Of a stretch of DNA of 64,000 bases, positions 26,119-36,033 are shown one piece after another. How positions within the stretch are numbered: position 1 is the stretch's first letter; every line of letters begins with the position of its first letter. Location of the stretch: the IMG/VR virus record IMGVR_UViG_3300032227_000993. The stretch is one strand, 5' to 3'. The position numbers and the translations under genes are program-made. Source of the stretch: a virus. Taxonomy: Duplodnaviria > Caudoviricetes. Below the pieces are notes generated by a model that was not told the origin of the DNA, did no database searches, and worked only from the letters and a program-made list of their open reading frames with translations.

Positions 26119-26524
26119 CAGCGGGAATAATACTATCTACACGGAAAGTGTCTGATTCATACTCTTCGCCACCACGTGGTCCTTCAGCAAAGGCCATAAA
26201 CACACAACCTTGTGGACCAGCACGTAACGCATGAATTTCATTAGGCTCGCTGATGATAAAATCTCCACCTACTGCTTCGTACTTTTTGGCAGGGCCATCG
26301 CTGTCTACAGGTTTACTGTAATATTCTGTTGTACCTGCTACAATAAAAGTGTATTGTGTGGTTAATTTATGATAATGATTGGCACGAACAGCACCAGGCG
26401 CATTGCTTATCAAGCAACCTGAATTCATATTTGCTTTGGCAAATAAATCAGCAATAGTCCCACGTTCATCTTTGTGAACGCCTAAACCTGGTTCGGTATT
26501 GTTGTAAATGTTGTAATGTTTCAT
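26111..26524 (-). CDS. cupin (NDP-sugar 3,5-epimerase/isomerase-like)
   Basis: HKDERG, RANHYHK, EIHA. Confidence 0.75.
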   Translation of the reverse strand: MKHYNIYNNTEPGLGVHKDERGTIADLFAKANMNSGCLISNAPGAVRANHYHKLTTQYTFIVAGTTEYYSKPVDSDGPAKKYEAVGGDFIISEPNEIHALRAGPQGCVFMAFAEGPRGGEEYESDTFRVDSIIPADE

Positions 26525-27744
26525 TGTGAGATAAACTTTGTGTTAGGGTTAATTCTAAGTAACGCCTGTTTAAGTGGTTCACCAATGTTCCAACTTAATA
26601 CAAGTGCGTAAGGGTTTTCAAATTTGGCAAATTCATCATCGCCGCGAATAGGAATACGACTCAGCGGTGTGTACTTGCCTTGCTTAAACTCCGAAGAGTC
26701 AGTGATACAGTATAGATGTGTTTTGTTGAGTCCGTGCCAGTTGAGCCAAGTATTAGCTTTGGCAGCAGCACCTACACCAATGATAACAGCATTGGGTTCG
26801 TTGGTAACAATATCATAAAATTTCTTTAGCCACTCGTTGCGTTGTTCTATCAGCTGTAACTGTAGTTCATCGTAGAACGCAGGGTCAAATAGTCCTTGTG
26901 CTGTTTCCTGGGCAATGGAGTCTGCTACTTGATTAGCCAGCACATCGCTGTGGTGTGCTACTACTCGTAAACTTTGACCGTGGTAGTTGACCAACTCATA
27001 GCTGGCAATAGATAATCCAGCCTGGGCCAATACATTCTGTGCCATTTTGATAGTAAAGTATGTAGGATGTTCGTGATATGTCATATCGGGAAACTTACCA
27101 TTGGTGACCATCCAGCCCCAATAAGGAACTTCAAATACAAACACACCGTCTGGGGCCAACAAGTCAGCTACGGCTCGGGCAAAGCCTACAGGATCGTTAG
27201 CATGATTAAAAACATTGTTGGCCATGATAACTCGAGCAGGACCGTTAGCAATTTCTATAGCGGCGCCAACATCTGTACCAAACAATGCGTTGATAGTTTC
27301 TACGCCACGTGCTCTGGATATCGCGCACATATCGGCGCTGGTATCTACTCCAATAGCTTTGGTACCTGGTTGATTAAAGTGATTAATGAGATATCCATCA
27401 TTACTACCAATTTCTACCACCAGGCCTTGTGTCATGTACTTTGACTTGATGCTGTTGGCATATTCGTCCCAGTGATCGCGACTTGTTTTAGAATTACTTG
27501 ATGTGTAGGAGTAACTGTACAAGTTGTAGCGATCTTCGGCGTTGCTACTGTAACCAAGTTGTACAGAACCAGACTTGGGATTTAAATAAACTTGTAAGGG
27601 AAATACCGGTTCTGACAAGTTAACTTGATGTTCGGCAATAAACGTGTCAGCATAAGCGTGTTGACCAAAGTCAAGAATCTTAGTTACTGGTTCGCCTGTA
27701 ATTAAGCATTTGTCAACAAGGGTACTTTCCGTAATCTTGCTCAT
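26521..27744 (-). CDS. NDP-hexose C-methyltransferase family (class I SAM)
   Basis: VEIGSNDG, ANNVFNH, YHEHPTYF, GVGAAAKANT, GKYTP; TcaB9/EryBIII-like architecture. Confidence 0.85.
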   Translation of the reverse strand: MSKITESTLVDKCLITGEPVTKILDFGQHAYADTFIAEHQVNLSEPVFPLQVYLNPKSGSVQLGYSSNAEDRYNLYSYSYTSSNSKTSRDHWDEYANSIKSKYMTQGLVVEIGSNDGYLINHFNQPGTKAIGVDTSADMCAISRARGVETINALFGTDVGAAIEIANGPARVIMANNVFNHANDPVGFARAVADLLAPDGVFVFEVPYWGWMVTNGKFPDMTYHEHPTYFTIKMAQNVLAQAGLSIASYELVNYHGQSLRVVAHHSDVLANQVADSIAQETAQGLFDPAFYDELQLQLIEQRNEWLKKFYDIVTNEPNAVIIGVGAAAKANTWLNWHGLNKTHLYCITDSSEFKQGKYTPLSRIPIRGDDEFAKFENPYALVLSWNIGEPLKQALLRINPNTKFISQ

Positions 27745-28556
27745 TTACTGTGTACCATGAACTTGTTAACATCATTGGCTCGCATTTTAACCCAAGGGTC
27801 CTGCTTGCCAGCAATAACATTTTCCCACCATGTGGTATCTCTACCGGTGGCTTTTAAATGTTTAGCGATGTAGGTAGCATCGATAATTCGATTGTTACTA
27901 AACACCTGGTTATGAAAATCTAATGGATGACTTGGATTGCCTTCGTAGGTGACTTTTTTCTTTTGAGTAGTGTCATCATTATTGCCAGTTAAATCAGCAC
28001 GATCGTGCGTGACATAGATTTCTACAATTTCAATTAAATCAAGCAAGTAAGCAATTTGACTTAATTCAGCATCGACCATTTGGTGTCTGGATAAGAACTT
28101 GAATAGATCATACCATTCTTTTGGATAGATTGGAAAGATACTGTAAGGATGTTCGCCGTGTGTATGAACTTTTAATAATTTAAATTCGCCATCGTGATCG
28201 GTGATAATTTTATCCCAGCCAGTGGTTTCCATAACAGCATCGTCGTTCCAGACAAATAACCAATCAGCTGATGCTTGTACTCCAAGTCCGTTGTAATATT
28301 GATTGAGTCCTTGGTAGCCCAACGGTTCAAATAACATCACGGTGTAGGCAACACCTTTTTGCTCCAGCCACGGTTGTACGTCGGTACTGAAGTATCTTAA
28401 CCCAGTTTCATCATCGTTATCAAACCCTAATATGAGTTGAACCGCGTCTGTATTAAGTGTACGATTAAACAAACTAACCACACTAAGTTTTAGTGCTGTA
28501 GTCCGACCTCGTGTTGGTAAGAGTACTGCTATTTTAAATTCGTTAGCTGATGACAT
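27741..28556 (-). CDS. GT-A (family 2-like) glycosyltransferase
   Basis: LLPTRGR, FDNDD, WNDDAVM. Confidence 0.7.
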   Translation of the reverse strand: MSSANEFKIAVLLPTRGRTTALKLSVVSLFNRTLNTDAVQLILGFDNDDETGLRYFSTDVQPWLEQKGVAYTVMLFEPLGYQGLNQYYNGLGVQASADWLFVWNDDAVMETTGWDKIITDHDGEFKLLKVHTHGEHPYSIFPIYPKEWYDLFKFLSRHQMVDAELSQIAYLLDLIEIVEIYVTHDRADLTGNNDDTTQKKKVTYEGNPSHPLDFHNQVFSNNRIIDATYIAKHLKATGRDTTWWENVIAGKQDPWVKMRANDVNKFMVHSK

Positions 28557-28682
28557 TTAATCCCTGTTAATCGTAAATAGAAGCCTGCGATGTTGCTGTG
28601 TGGCTCTATTTAATTTAGCTGAGTTTAGCCTGCCCTATAAAAAAGTTAGCAGTTGCAACAGCTTGATTTACAAGGTTAAATA

Positions 28683-29186
28683 TTATTCAAATAACTCTTC
28701 GTTCCATTCACGGTGTCCTTCACGGAATGCCATGTTGCTTTGAGTTTCACGTACTTCTACACGATAGCACCATAAACGATCAGATTCAGACTGTCCCCAC
28801 ATATCAGGAATATACACGCCGTTGACATACTTGTACAGTTGATCTGCTAAGCCTTCACAACCTAATTTAGGTAGGATGGTAAGTTTGGCAAGATTCTTTG
28901 CTTGTAATAACTTGTATGTTTCGAGTTCAGGATCATCTTCGGCAACAAGTAAAGTGTGATCAAATTGACTTTCTAATACACCTTTGAGTTCTTTTAGTCC
29001 ACCATAGTCAGCGGCCCAGTTACGCACATCTAAATCATCTGTGCCAAAGTAAAACTTCATACTAAACGAATATCCGTGAATTAAGTTACAATGTGAGTCG
29101 GCTCGCCATTGTCGATAAGCGCAAGGAAATGCGTCGTGATACTCTTTTGTACTTGTGTATTTGTATTGCCTGGATTGATTTGCCAT
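28683..29186 (-). CDS. queD: 6-carboxy-5,6,7,8-tetrahydropterin synthase
   Basis: CNLIHGY, DYGGLKELK...FDHTLL, GCEGLA, EVRET. Confidence 0.9.
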   Translation of the reverse strand: MANQSRQYKYTSTKEYHDAFPCAYRQWRADSHCNLIHGYSFSMKFYFGTDDLDVRNWAADYGGLKELKGVLESQFDHTLLVAEDDPELETYKLLQAKNLAKLTILPKLGCEGLADQLYKYVNGVYIPDMWGQSESDRLWCYRVEVRETQSNMAFREGHREWNEELFE

Positions 29187-29204
29187 TTGTTTCTCCTATG
29201 TTAG

Positions 29205-29271
29205 ATTATAGCACAGATGGCAGAGTTTGTAAAGCGGGAATGACATCAAAAGGCCGCTGTAATACTATTTA
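29205..29271 (-). promoter_or_regulatory. queD control region: late TAAATA, hairpin, sigma70 TTTACA-17-TATAAT
   Basis: TAAATA 29271-29266; AGCGG/CCGCT stem 29258-29233; -35 29233-29228; extended -10 29210-29205. Confidence 0.7.
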
Positions 29272-29645
29272 TTTCTATAATTACCCATACCCGGAATTGT
29301 ATTTCTTACTCCACCTATTGGATCTTTGACATCGCCTGACCTCCGTGGAATAAGATGAACGTGCGGCCAGTCAACGGTTTGGCCGGCAGCCGAGCCTGAA
29401 TTAAATCCAATATTAAATCCGTCCCATTCGCCCTTTTCTACTTGCCAAAGACCGTGTGTGTGGGCATCTCTAAATGCTTGATGTAAACAATCTAAACGAT
29501 TGTACTTGGGTACAAATAGTAAATGTCCTGGTGTACATGGATATCCATCAAGAAACACCACAACATGGATTTCATCCTGGACAATGTTGTCCCACGGTGC
29601 TGTACTTTCTGCCAATGTATCGGGTAGGTCGTTTGATATTTTCAT
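29265..29645 (-). CDS. HIT family hydrolase
   Basis: PGHLLFVPK, AAGQTVDWPHVHLIPR. Confidence 0.9.
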   Translation of the reverse strand: MKISNDLPDTLAESTAPWDNIVQDEIHVVVFLDGYPCTPGHLLFVPKYNRLDCLHQAFRDAHTHGLWQVEKGEWDGFNIGFNSGSAAGQTVDWPHVHLIPRRSGDVKDPIGGVRNTIPGMGNYRNK

Positions 29646-29652
29646 AATTCCT

Positions 29653-29796
29653 TCATTCCGTTCTTGCTCGATGTTTGGCCATGGCTTCTGCGCTACGCTG
29701 TTGAAAGTCTACCATGCTGTGATAGCCCATTTGATAGCACGGGCAATGCTTGCCTAAGATCCAGCGGGCTAATCGAATCCTTAGTTTCTGTATCAT
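29653..29796 (-). CDS. small hypothetical protein (47 aa)
   Basis: MIQKLRIRLARWILGKHCPCYQMG...; overlaps upstream stop. Confidence 0.45.
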   Translation of the reverse strand: MIQKLRIRLARWILGKHCPCYQMGYHSMVDFQQRSAEAMAKHRARTE

Positions 29797-30218
29797 ACAA
29801 ACACTTCCTCTTCTAAATATCGCTTTAGTTCTTTGTCGGTGGGTTCTACGGTGTAGTTGTTTTTGAAAAAGATTTCGTAACTGTCCGACCCGTATTTGCC
29901 AATACCATACAACTCGGTAGCATCATCACAGTTCCAAGTTATAAAGTCATCTGTCATTTTGCATAGTCTTTTGTAACGAACATTGACCATGCCTAGCGGC
30001 CAGATTACATCTTTTACTTCTTTTTCGGTAGCCTGCAGAAAATTAAAAGGGTGAGGCCAATGCTGCATGAAAACAGGAAATACTGTTTTTACAGGTTTAC
30101 GACCAGTTTGATTCAGCATAATCACAGCCACCATGTGTTGCCAGGCACCCCGCATATTGTCCAACCCAGCCGGCAACTGCTGTTGTACCATTAGATCATC
30201 TCTTAAAGGTTGTATCAT
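29793..30218 (-). CDS. HhH-GPD DNA glycosylase, MBD4-like
   Basis: WQHMVAVIMLNQT, PLGMVNVR, ELYGIGKYGSDSY. Confidence 0.8.
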   Translation of the reverse strand: MIQPLRDDLMVQQQLPAGLDNMRGAWQHMVAVIMLNQTGRKPVKTVFPVFMQHWPHPFNFLQATEKEVKDVIWPLGMVNVRYKRLCKMTDDFITWNCDDATELYGIGKYGSDSYEIFFKNNYTVEPTDKELKRYLEEEVFV

Positions 30219-30877
30219 TTTTTAGAGGCCAATACGATTTTACAAATGTGTTCTAGCCGTTCTATATGTTCGTATGCTCGCCATGGGCTTGTGTCAATGG
30301 CAACAACTCCGTGTCCTTTGATACCTACGACGTCATAGGCAATATTGCCCTCATCGTCTAGGCCCAGATTGCGATGGCAAGCGTCGCCCAACTCTTGACT
30401 AGTAGGCGGAACATCCGGAACATTGGGTGCTACTCTAGTGTATCTACTCAGTTCAGGAAAGTCGTCAACTATGGTGCTGAGATCAATGCCGGCATGCATG
30501 GCCGCCACAATGTAGGTAGGATGAAGATGTACTACCACTCGAACTTCGTCCTTGTGCTGTCCCATCTGTTTTTGTAGACCAAAGTGTAGAGGCATTTCTC
30601 CCGACGGTTTTAGATTACTGCTAATTTCGGTGTACTGATCCTCTTTCCACCCCCAGCGATCTGCCAATAGACCTGTGCCAGGTTCGTTCCAAGTTAGTGG
30701 GGCTTTGATGATAATTTTCTTAAACTGATCTGGTTGTAGAGTTTGTTTACGTACACCGCTTGGGGTAATGTAAAAATGGTCACGGTCGTGATGACGAATA
30801 CTAACATTACCATCTCTACTGGTAATCCAATTGCGCTTGTACGCATCTAACATTACTTCACATATTGTTTCTAACAT
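30215..30877 (-). CDS. class II aldolase/adducin family (FucA/MtnB-like)
   Basis: DGNVSIR, ITPSG, KPSGEMPLH, VVHLHP, GHGVVA. Confidence 0.88.
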   Translation of the reverse strand: MLETICEVMLDAYKRNWITSRDGNVSIRHHDRDHFYITPSGVRKQTLQPDQFKKIIIKAPLTWNEPGTGLLADRWGWKEDQYTEISSNLKPSGEMPLHFGLQKQMGQHKDEVRVVVHLHPTYIVAAMHAGIDLSTIVDDFPELSRYTRVAPNVPDVPPTSQELGDACHRNLGLDDEGNIAYDVVGIKGHGVVAIDTSPWRAYEHIERLEHICKIVLASKK

Positions 30878-31050
30878 TATTTTTCACCTTGTATTAGTTG
30901 GCCAGTTACAGCGTTGACTCGCAGTCCTGCTTCGTTGATGTAATAGGGCTGGCACATCTTTTCGCCGTCCCACTTTTGACCACACCAACACTCGCCCTCT
31001 GCGCTGATAATACAAGTGCCTGAACCACAGCATCTAGGATCTACATTCAT
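30877..31050 (-). CDS. Cys-rich small protein (57 aa)
   Basis: MNVDPRCCGSGTCIISAEGECWCGQKWDGEKMCQP...; ATGA overlap with folE stop. Confidence 0.6.
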   Translation of the reverse strand: MNVDPRCCGSGTCIISAEGECWCGQKWDGEKMCQPYYINEAGLRVNAVTGQLIQGEK

Positions 31051-31808
31051 CGTGGCGCAAAGTCCTGTTGTAGTTTGATATTATCCATAAACTCTTTCTT
31101 GGTACCTGAGTCTGTGTTAAACGCACCTTTAAGTACTGTGGTCTGTGTTAAACTACTGTGTGCCATAATACCACGATTCTCACAACAACCATGTGTGGCT
31201 TGAATGTAAACGCCCACATCCTTACTACCTGTGGCTTTCATTATTTCTTTGGCAATATCGTTACACAATTCTTCTTGAAGAGTTCCTCTCCTCGCACACC
31301 ATTGTGCAATACGAGTGTATTTTGACAAGCCAATGAGCTTTTCTGCGGCAATGATACCAATGTAGGCAACACCCGAGACAGGCTGATGGTGATGACTACA
31401 CATACTACGCAATTCACTGCGTACAACCAACATTCCTTCATATCTATCCTCGCTATCGTTAGGAAAAGCTGTGCAATCTGGAGCAGGTTCATAGCGACCA
31501 GCCATAATTTCATTGTAATACATCTTAGCCAGGCGTCGAGCTGTGCCGTAACTGTTGGGATCATAAGCACGATCAATAAGCAAGGCATCCAATACTTTTT
31601 CAAATGCCTGTGTAGCTTCATTGATAAGTTGTTTCTTATCTTCATCGCTGACATATTCGCTAATGTTATCACCAGCCCAGAAACGTTTTTTGTTGGCAAT
31701 CATACGCTCACGAATAACTACACTTAACGGACGTCCATGATCTGGGTTTATCACAGCATCTTCGTAGCCGGGGTGGAATGGGGCTTCCTGTACAAGTTTA
31801 TCACTCAT
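31047..31808 (-). CDS. folE: GTP cyclohydrolase I
   Basis: TARRLAKMY, SMCSHHHQP, IGLSKYTR, QEEL, HGCCENRG. Confidence 0.95.
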   Translation of the reverse strand: MSDKLVQEAPFHPGYEDAVINPDHGRPLSVVIRERMIANKKRFWAGDNISEYVSDEDKKQLINEATQAFEKVLDALLIDRAYDPNSYGTARRLAKMYYNEIMAGRYEPAPDCTAFPNDSEDRYEGMLVVRSELRSMCSHHHQPVSGVAYIGIIAAEKLIGLSKYTRIAQWCARRGTLQEELCNDIAKEIMKATGSKDVGVYIQATHGCCENRGIMAHSSLTQTTVLKGAFNTDSGTKKEFMDNIKLQQDFAPR

Positions 31809-32199
31809 TATTTTCCTCTTTTAACTTTTCAATAATTTCTTGTTGTTCTTGTTGCTTAATCTTATTTAGGTCGTACTTCTCAAACCTGCGAGAATATTTC
31901 ATGGAAGGCATTAATGCTGCTTTTTCAAACATATCTTCTTGTTTGCTATTAACAGTAAAAATGTAACCCTGTAGCGTGCCTAAGACTTTTTTATTCTCTA
32001 CTTTAGCAACGCCTTTGTGTTTGCCTACCAATCGATCACAACTGGTGTAGTATTCTGCTTCAATAGATTCCGCAAACTTAATTACTTTTTCATCATCGGG
32101 GATGACTCCCCACGCAATATAAAGATTATCTGCTTTGTACAAACGATTAAATTCTCGTTTGCCAGAAGTTAGTTTTTCAATGCGATCATGTAATATCAT
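31801..32199 (-). CDS. hypothetical protein
   Basis: ORF starting 6 nt after a -10 box. Confidence 0.6.
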   Translation of the reverse strand: MILHDRIEKLTSGKREFNRLYKADNLYIAWGVIPDDEKVIKFAESIEAEYYTSCDRLVGKHKGVAKVENKKVLGTLQGYIFTVNSKQEDMFEKAALMPSMKYSRRFEKYDLNKIKQQEQQEIIEKLKEENNE

Positions 32200-32205
32200 A
32201 TTGTT

Positions 32206-32234
32206 ATTGTATATGATATTTAGGTTGTTGTCAA
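32206..32234 (-). promoter_or_regulatory. sigma70 promoter TTGACA-17-TACAAT with TAAATA inside spacer; leaderless geometry
   Basis: TTGACA 32234-32229, TACAAT 32211-32206, ATG 32199. Confidence 0.75.
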
Positions 32235-32294
32235 CAGTTTAGAAATAAAAAGTGGGCATATAGCCCACTTGGTGTTTGTTCAAAACAAATGATA

Positions 32295-32594
32295 TTAAAC
32301 TACTGTTTTAACAGTTTCAAAATTCATGCCAGTTTCAAGTTGATATTTTAAATAAAATGCTTTGATTTCTGTATCAAATTTATCAGTCTGCTCTTCGTCC
32401 ACAATCATGGTATGATCGCCCCATTGTGTGACATGGCCTTGTTCTTTTAATTGATCATTTAGTGCGGTCTGGCGTTCTTTGGCCGCAGCAAATTTAGTTT
32501 GATCTTCTGCTGATTGTGTTTTAATCCAATCTTCAATAGGTACAAAAGTTAATCCTTCTGGTGCTGTGTAACGATATTCAATTTGAATTGCCAT
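32295..32594 (-). CDS. hypothetical protein
   Basis: 99 aa, AGGAG RBS, TAAATA upstream. Confidence 0.65.
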   Translation of the reverse strand: MAIQIEYRYTAPEGLTFVPIEDWIKTQSAEDQTKFAAAKERQTALNDQLKEQGHVTQWGDHTMIVDEEQTDKFDTEIKAFYLKYQLETGMNFETVKTVV

Positions 32595-32619
32595 AATAAG
32601 TCTCCTGCGTATGAGTTAT

Positions 32620-33201
32620 TTAGCTTATGATCTCAATATTCCTACAGTCAGGATAGTTTACCTGCTGATTTTGCGGCGCGATAGTAGGCAGCAATTTAGA
32701 ACCTAATGCACATAGTTCCAAGGTTGGCGAATAGTGAAATCCCAATCCAAATTCTACCTGTTTATCCCACGGACTAATACGCAGATCTCGTCCATCGCTA
32801 CGCCACTTAGACATGATATCATACGCTTCCGCATCATCTAACAATATGGCCCCAACTCTGCCCAAGTGCAAGGGTTTTGACCAGCCAAAACTCAAACACT
32901 GCATTTGATCTGGTCTATACATACCGGGTTCTAATCTACGAGCACTATCCCAAATGCGTGTGCCGTGGAACTGATATTCACCGACCCATTGTTCTGACGT
33001 TAAAATATAATTAATCCTTAGATGATGCATTATCATAGGCACAGATAGATATGTAAATGCGCTGAATGCTGTTTGTTGTACACGGTCATAGCGCATACAC
33101 AGTTCGATAGCGTGGGTACAGCTATCAGTCAAGATCACATGGGGAGCACCTGTGTAATCTGCCAAGTCTTGTTCAAATTTAAATAATGCGTCAAAGCTCA
33201 T
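32620..33201 (-). CDS. DegT/DnrJ/EryC1/StrS-like PLP aminotransferase (short form)
   Basis: TDSCTHA, WDSA, LSFGWSKPLHLGRVGAIL. Confidence 0.75.
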   Translation of the reverse strand: MSFDALFKFEQDLADYTGAPHVILTDSCTHAIELCMRYDRVQQTAFSAFTYLSVPMIMHHLRINYILTSEQWVGEYQFHGTRIWDSARRLEPGMYRPDQMQCLSFGWSKPLHLGRVGAILLDDAEAYDIMSKWRSDGRDLRISPWDKQVEFGLGFHYSPTLELCALGSKLLPTIAPQNQQVNYPDCRNIEIIS

Positions 33202-34151
33202 TTAGTGTACCATTTCCAAGCATGAGTAATCATATCTTCTAAATTGTATTTAGGCGCCCATCCAGTGACTTGAACAAACTTACCGGGGTCAGCTGTCAGC
33301 ATGGCTGGGTCACCTTCGCGTTTTCCGCCTACACTTAGGTTAACACGTTGGCCTGTGACTTTTTCAGCCAACCTGACAATTTCTAAATTACTGGCACCGG
33401 TCTTGGTTCCTAAATTGTAAACGCCGCTGGTCACAGCAACATCGATAGCACGAGCGTGAGCATCTGCTATGTCATCAACATGAATGTAGTCTCGAACACA
33501 AGTGCCATCTTCTGTTTCGTAGTCGTTGCCGTAGATTAAAAAGTCTGAGTTATCACGGATACTTTCTAGCACACGAGCAATGATATGTGTAGCGTTGGGT
33601 TCTTGTCCGTGTCGCACTTGTGGATCAGCACTACAGGCGTTGAAGAAACGAAACGCCACATACTCTATGCCGTAGGCTCGATGATACGCTGCCAATGCCC
33701 ACTCAATAAACAGTTTACTTTGTCCGTACGGACTGATAGGTTCTGCTGGGTCAATTTCTTGGCAAGGAACCATGATAGGGTTGCCATAGGTAGAAGCTGA
33801 CGAACTAAAAATAATTTTAGGTTTCCAAAAAAACTTATCTTTGATTTTATCAAGCAAGCGAACAGTTTTTAATACATTGTTATTGTAGTACAACTGTGGA
33901 TCAGTCACAGATGGACCAACCAGCGAAGTTCCAGCGCAATGAATAATGGCATCAGGCTTGCCCTCCATCATTAGCTTGTCAAATGCTTCGCTGTCAAAAT
34001 CACATTGTTCAAACCAATCAAACTTGCCTTCCAAGTGAGCAGGCAACGGACGTGTATCTACTCCAATGACCTGACGCCCTTGATCTTTTAGTTTGACAGC
34101 AACTTGGCCGCCAATGTAACCACTAATACCTGTGACAATAATGATACTCAT
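33198..34151 (-). CDS. galE: UDP-glucose 4-epimerase
   Basis: GISGYIG, FSSSASTYG, YGQSK, FRFFNA, DGTCVRDYIHV. Confidence 0.9.
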   Translation of the reverse strand: MSIIIVTGISGYIGGQVAVKLKDQGRQVIGVDTRPLPAHLEGKFDWFEQCDFDSEAFDKLMMEGKPDAIIHCAGTSLVGPSVTDPQLYYNNNVLKTVRLLDKIKDKFFWKPKIIFSSSASTYGNPIMVPCQEIDPAEPISPYGQSKLFIEWALAAYHRAYGIEYVAFRFFNACSADPQVRHGQEPNATHIIARVLESIRDNSDFLIYGNDYETEDGTCVRDYIHVDDIADAHARAIDVAVTSGVYNLGTKTGASNLEIVRLAEKVTGQRVNLSVGGKREGDPAMLTADPGKFVQVTGWAPKYNLEDMITHAWKWYTK

Positions 34152-35329
34152 TAATATTTGGCCTTTACTACATGATCACGATAACGATTACCAGCGCGAT
34201 TCCATTGTTCGCCACGACCCTCCAAGATATCTATTACACGATCAATGGTGCTGTTGTTCCAGTCACTGATTAGGCCCATGTTCTTATGTGGTTCTGCTAA
34301 AAGATTGTTTAACTTGGCGCTGGCGTCTTCTAATGACCAAGGAATGTAAAGACGTTCAGGGTCATTAGCAAAAGTTTCAGGGAAACTACGATAAGCAGGA
34401 TATAACACGTTACAACCAAGAGTATCGGCTTCAGATACTGTGTTAGATACCCAATCCTGTAAAGCACAATTAAAAAGCACACGGCTATCGTTGACCAAAG
34501 AATAATATTCATTTTTATTTAAGTTTTCGTGGATTTGCAATGCGCCTTCGTCACTCATCTTACGAGCACGTTTTACATATTCTGGATTGTTACTACGCAA
34601 TGGTCCACCTGAGAAAATAGCAAAGCTAACATCCTTATAGGCCTTTTGGTATTCTTCAGCCAGGTCCATAAAGAATCCAGGCTGTTTCTCTTGATCAAAC
34701 CTTGCGGCAAATGCCACACGCTTTTGTCTTTGATCAAATGGCCTGATGTTTGTAATACCACCAATACGTTCCAACACTTCCTCTTTGCCAAATGCCAGTC
34801 CACTGATATTGTAGATTGGAGCAGTCCAACCAGCGATACGCATATGAGCTACCATTTCTTCGTTGGTAGCAAGCACACCAGTTACAAACTCATTAACCAT
34901 CTTTTCATACGTTGCCATCCAACCAGCCATACCCCATACATGAACAAAATCGTCAGGATCGATGGCCTGAGCAAGACAACGTACAAAAATACGGGGACGC
35001 AAATTAGCAGGGACTTGATCAAGAATGTAAGGTAAGCTCTCGATACCGGGCTGAAACATATCTTCAAAGTAGATAACATCTTCATCAGTGACTTCTCCAT
35101 TGCGCATCATTTGTACCAGGTTCATCATTTGGCTCATACCGAAGTAACTGCGACCATGTGCGTCTAGCACTTGCCCTACTGAAATAGTTTGTGTGTTATC
35201 GATAGTAGAACCCGGAACATAAACTACTTCTAATCCACGACGATCAAACACACGTCGATTCCATTCAGTGAGTTGTAGAGTGTAGCGAGCCTCATATGAT
35301 TCAAGGCCCATGTAAAATAGTTTACGCAT
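34151..35329 (-). CDS. GT-B fold glycosyltransferase
   Basis: Likely start MRKLFYMGLE; FAARFDQEKQP, ENLNKNEYY, WVSNTVSEADTLGC acceptor/donor-domain pattern. Confidence 0.7.
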   Translation of the reverse strand: MRKLFYMGLESYEARYTLQLTEWNRRVFDRRGLEVVYVPGSTIDNTQTISVGQVLDAHGRSYFGMSQMMNLVQMMRNGEVTDEDVIYFEDMFQPGIESLPYILDQVPANLRPRIFVRCLAQAIDPDDFVHVWGMAGWMATYEKMVNEFVTGVLATNEEMVAHMRIAGWTAPIYNISGLAFGKEEVLERIGGITNIRPFDQRQKRVAFAARFDQEKQPGFFMDLAEEYQKAYKDVSFAIFSGGPLRSNNPEYVKRARKMSDEGALQIHENLNKNEYYSLVNDSRVLFNCALQDWVSNTVSEADTLGCNVLYPAYRSFPETFANDPERLYIPWSLEDASAKLNNLLAEPHKNMGLISDWNNSTIDRVIDILEGRGEQWNRAGNRYRDHVVKAKY

Positions 35330-35552
35330 GGCGACGATATCCGGAGAATCTGCGGGCATCTTCTTCCCACATATTCTTTACGTTTTTGCCTTGTACAAAC
35401 TTGTTGTACTGTTGCCAAGCGTATGCTTTAAAGTTGTAAAGATCATTCTCGTTGTAGCGATATCCGTGTTCTACACAAAATTCTAAGAACTTTGCAAGGT
35501 CATCATGAACAGCTAACGCACGAGGGCTTGGTTTGTAATGGACTTTACCCAT
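35322..35552 (-). CDS. hypothetical protein
   Basis: Likely start MGKVHYK at 35552 with AAAGGAA RBS. Confidence 0.6.
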   Translation of the reverse strand: MGKVHYKPSPRALAVHDDLAKFLEFCVEHGYRYNENDLYNFKAYAWQQYNKFVQGKNVKNMWEEDARRFSGYRRHA

Positions 35553-35562
35553 TTTATTTCCT

Positions 35563-36033
35563 TTAATATTTAATACTAAGATTAGGGCGAGAAAGTTCAT
35601 ACTTAATGAGGCAACCGTTCTCACCATCTTCGGCCACATCAATCCACACAGCTCGCTCAGGATATCTGGCGGCTATCTGATCATACAAGTCATCTGCTAT
35701 CATTTCGCAGGACTTAAAATCTAATTCTAAAACGGAATTCGAATCACTTCTGTGACTGGTATAGAGATTCTCGAGCCAGCGTTTGAACTGGATGAATTCG
35801 ATATCTCTGTCATTGTGGAAGACATCGATCCACACCCGGAAGTGGAAAATATGGCGATGAGGATTAGCAAGGAACGATACATCATATTCATCTCCTGTGG
35901 CCAAGTTTGGGTCTGTAGCGGCCGCAGGGTATTTATGTATACCTTCTCGGCGGAATGTAACCCAAATCTTACGTTCTGCGTTTTCTTTAATACGTTGTGC
36001 TTGTTCTACCAATGCTTGTTTTCGTTGTTCCAT
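35563..36033 (-). CDS. QueD-like T-fold protein, DpdL-type (candidate CDG decarboxylase)
   Basis: FLANPHRHIFHF fits LxxxHRHxF (DpdL signature as recalled), SCEMIA, EDGENG; TAATG coupling gives start 36033. Confidence 0.65.
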   Translation of the reverse strand: MEQRKQALVEQAQRIKENAERKIWVTFRREGIHKYPAAATDPNLATGDEYDVSFLANPHRHIFHFRVWIDVFHNDRDIEFIQFKRWLENLYTSHRSDSNSVLELDFKSCEMIADDLYDQIAARYPERAVWIDVAEDGENGCLIKYELSRPNLSIKY

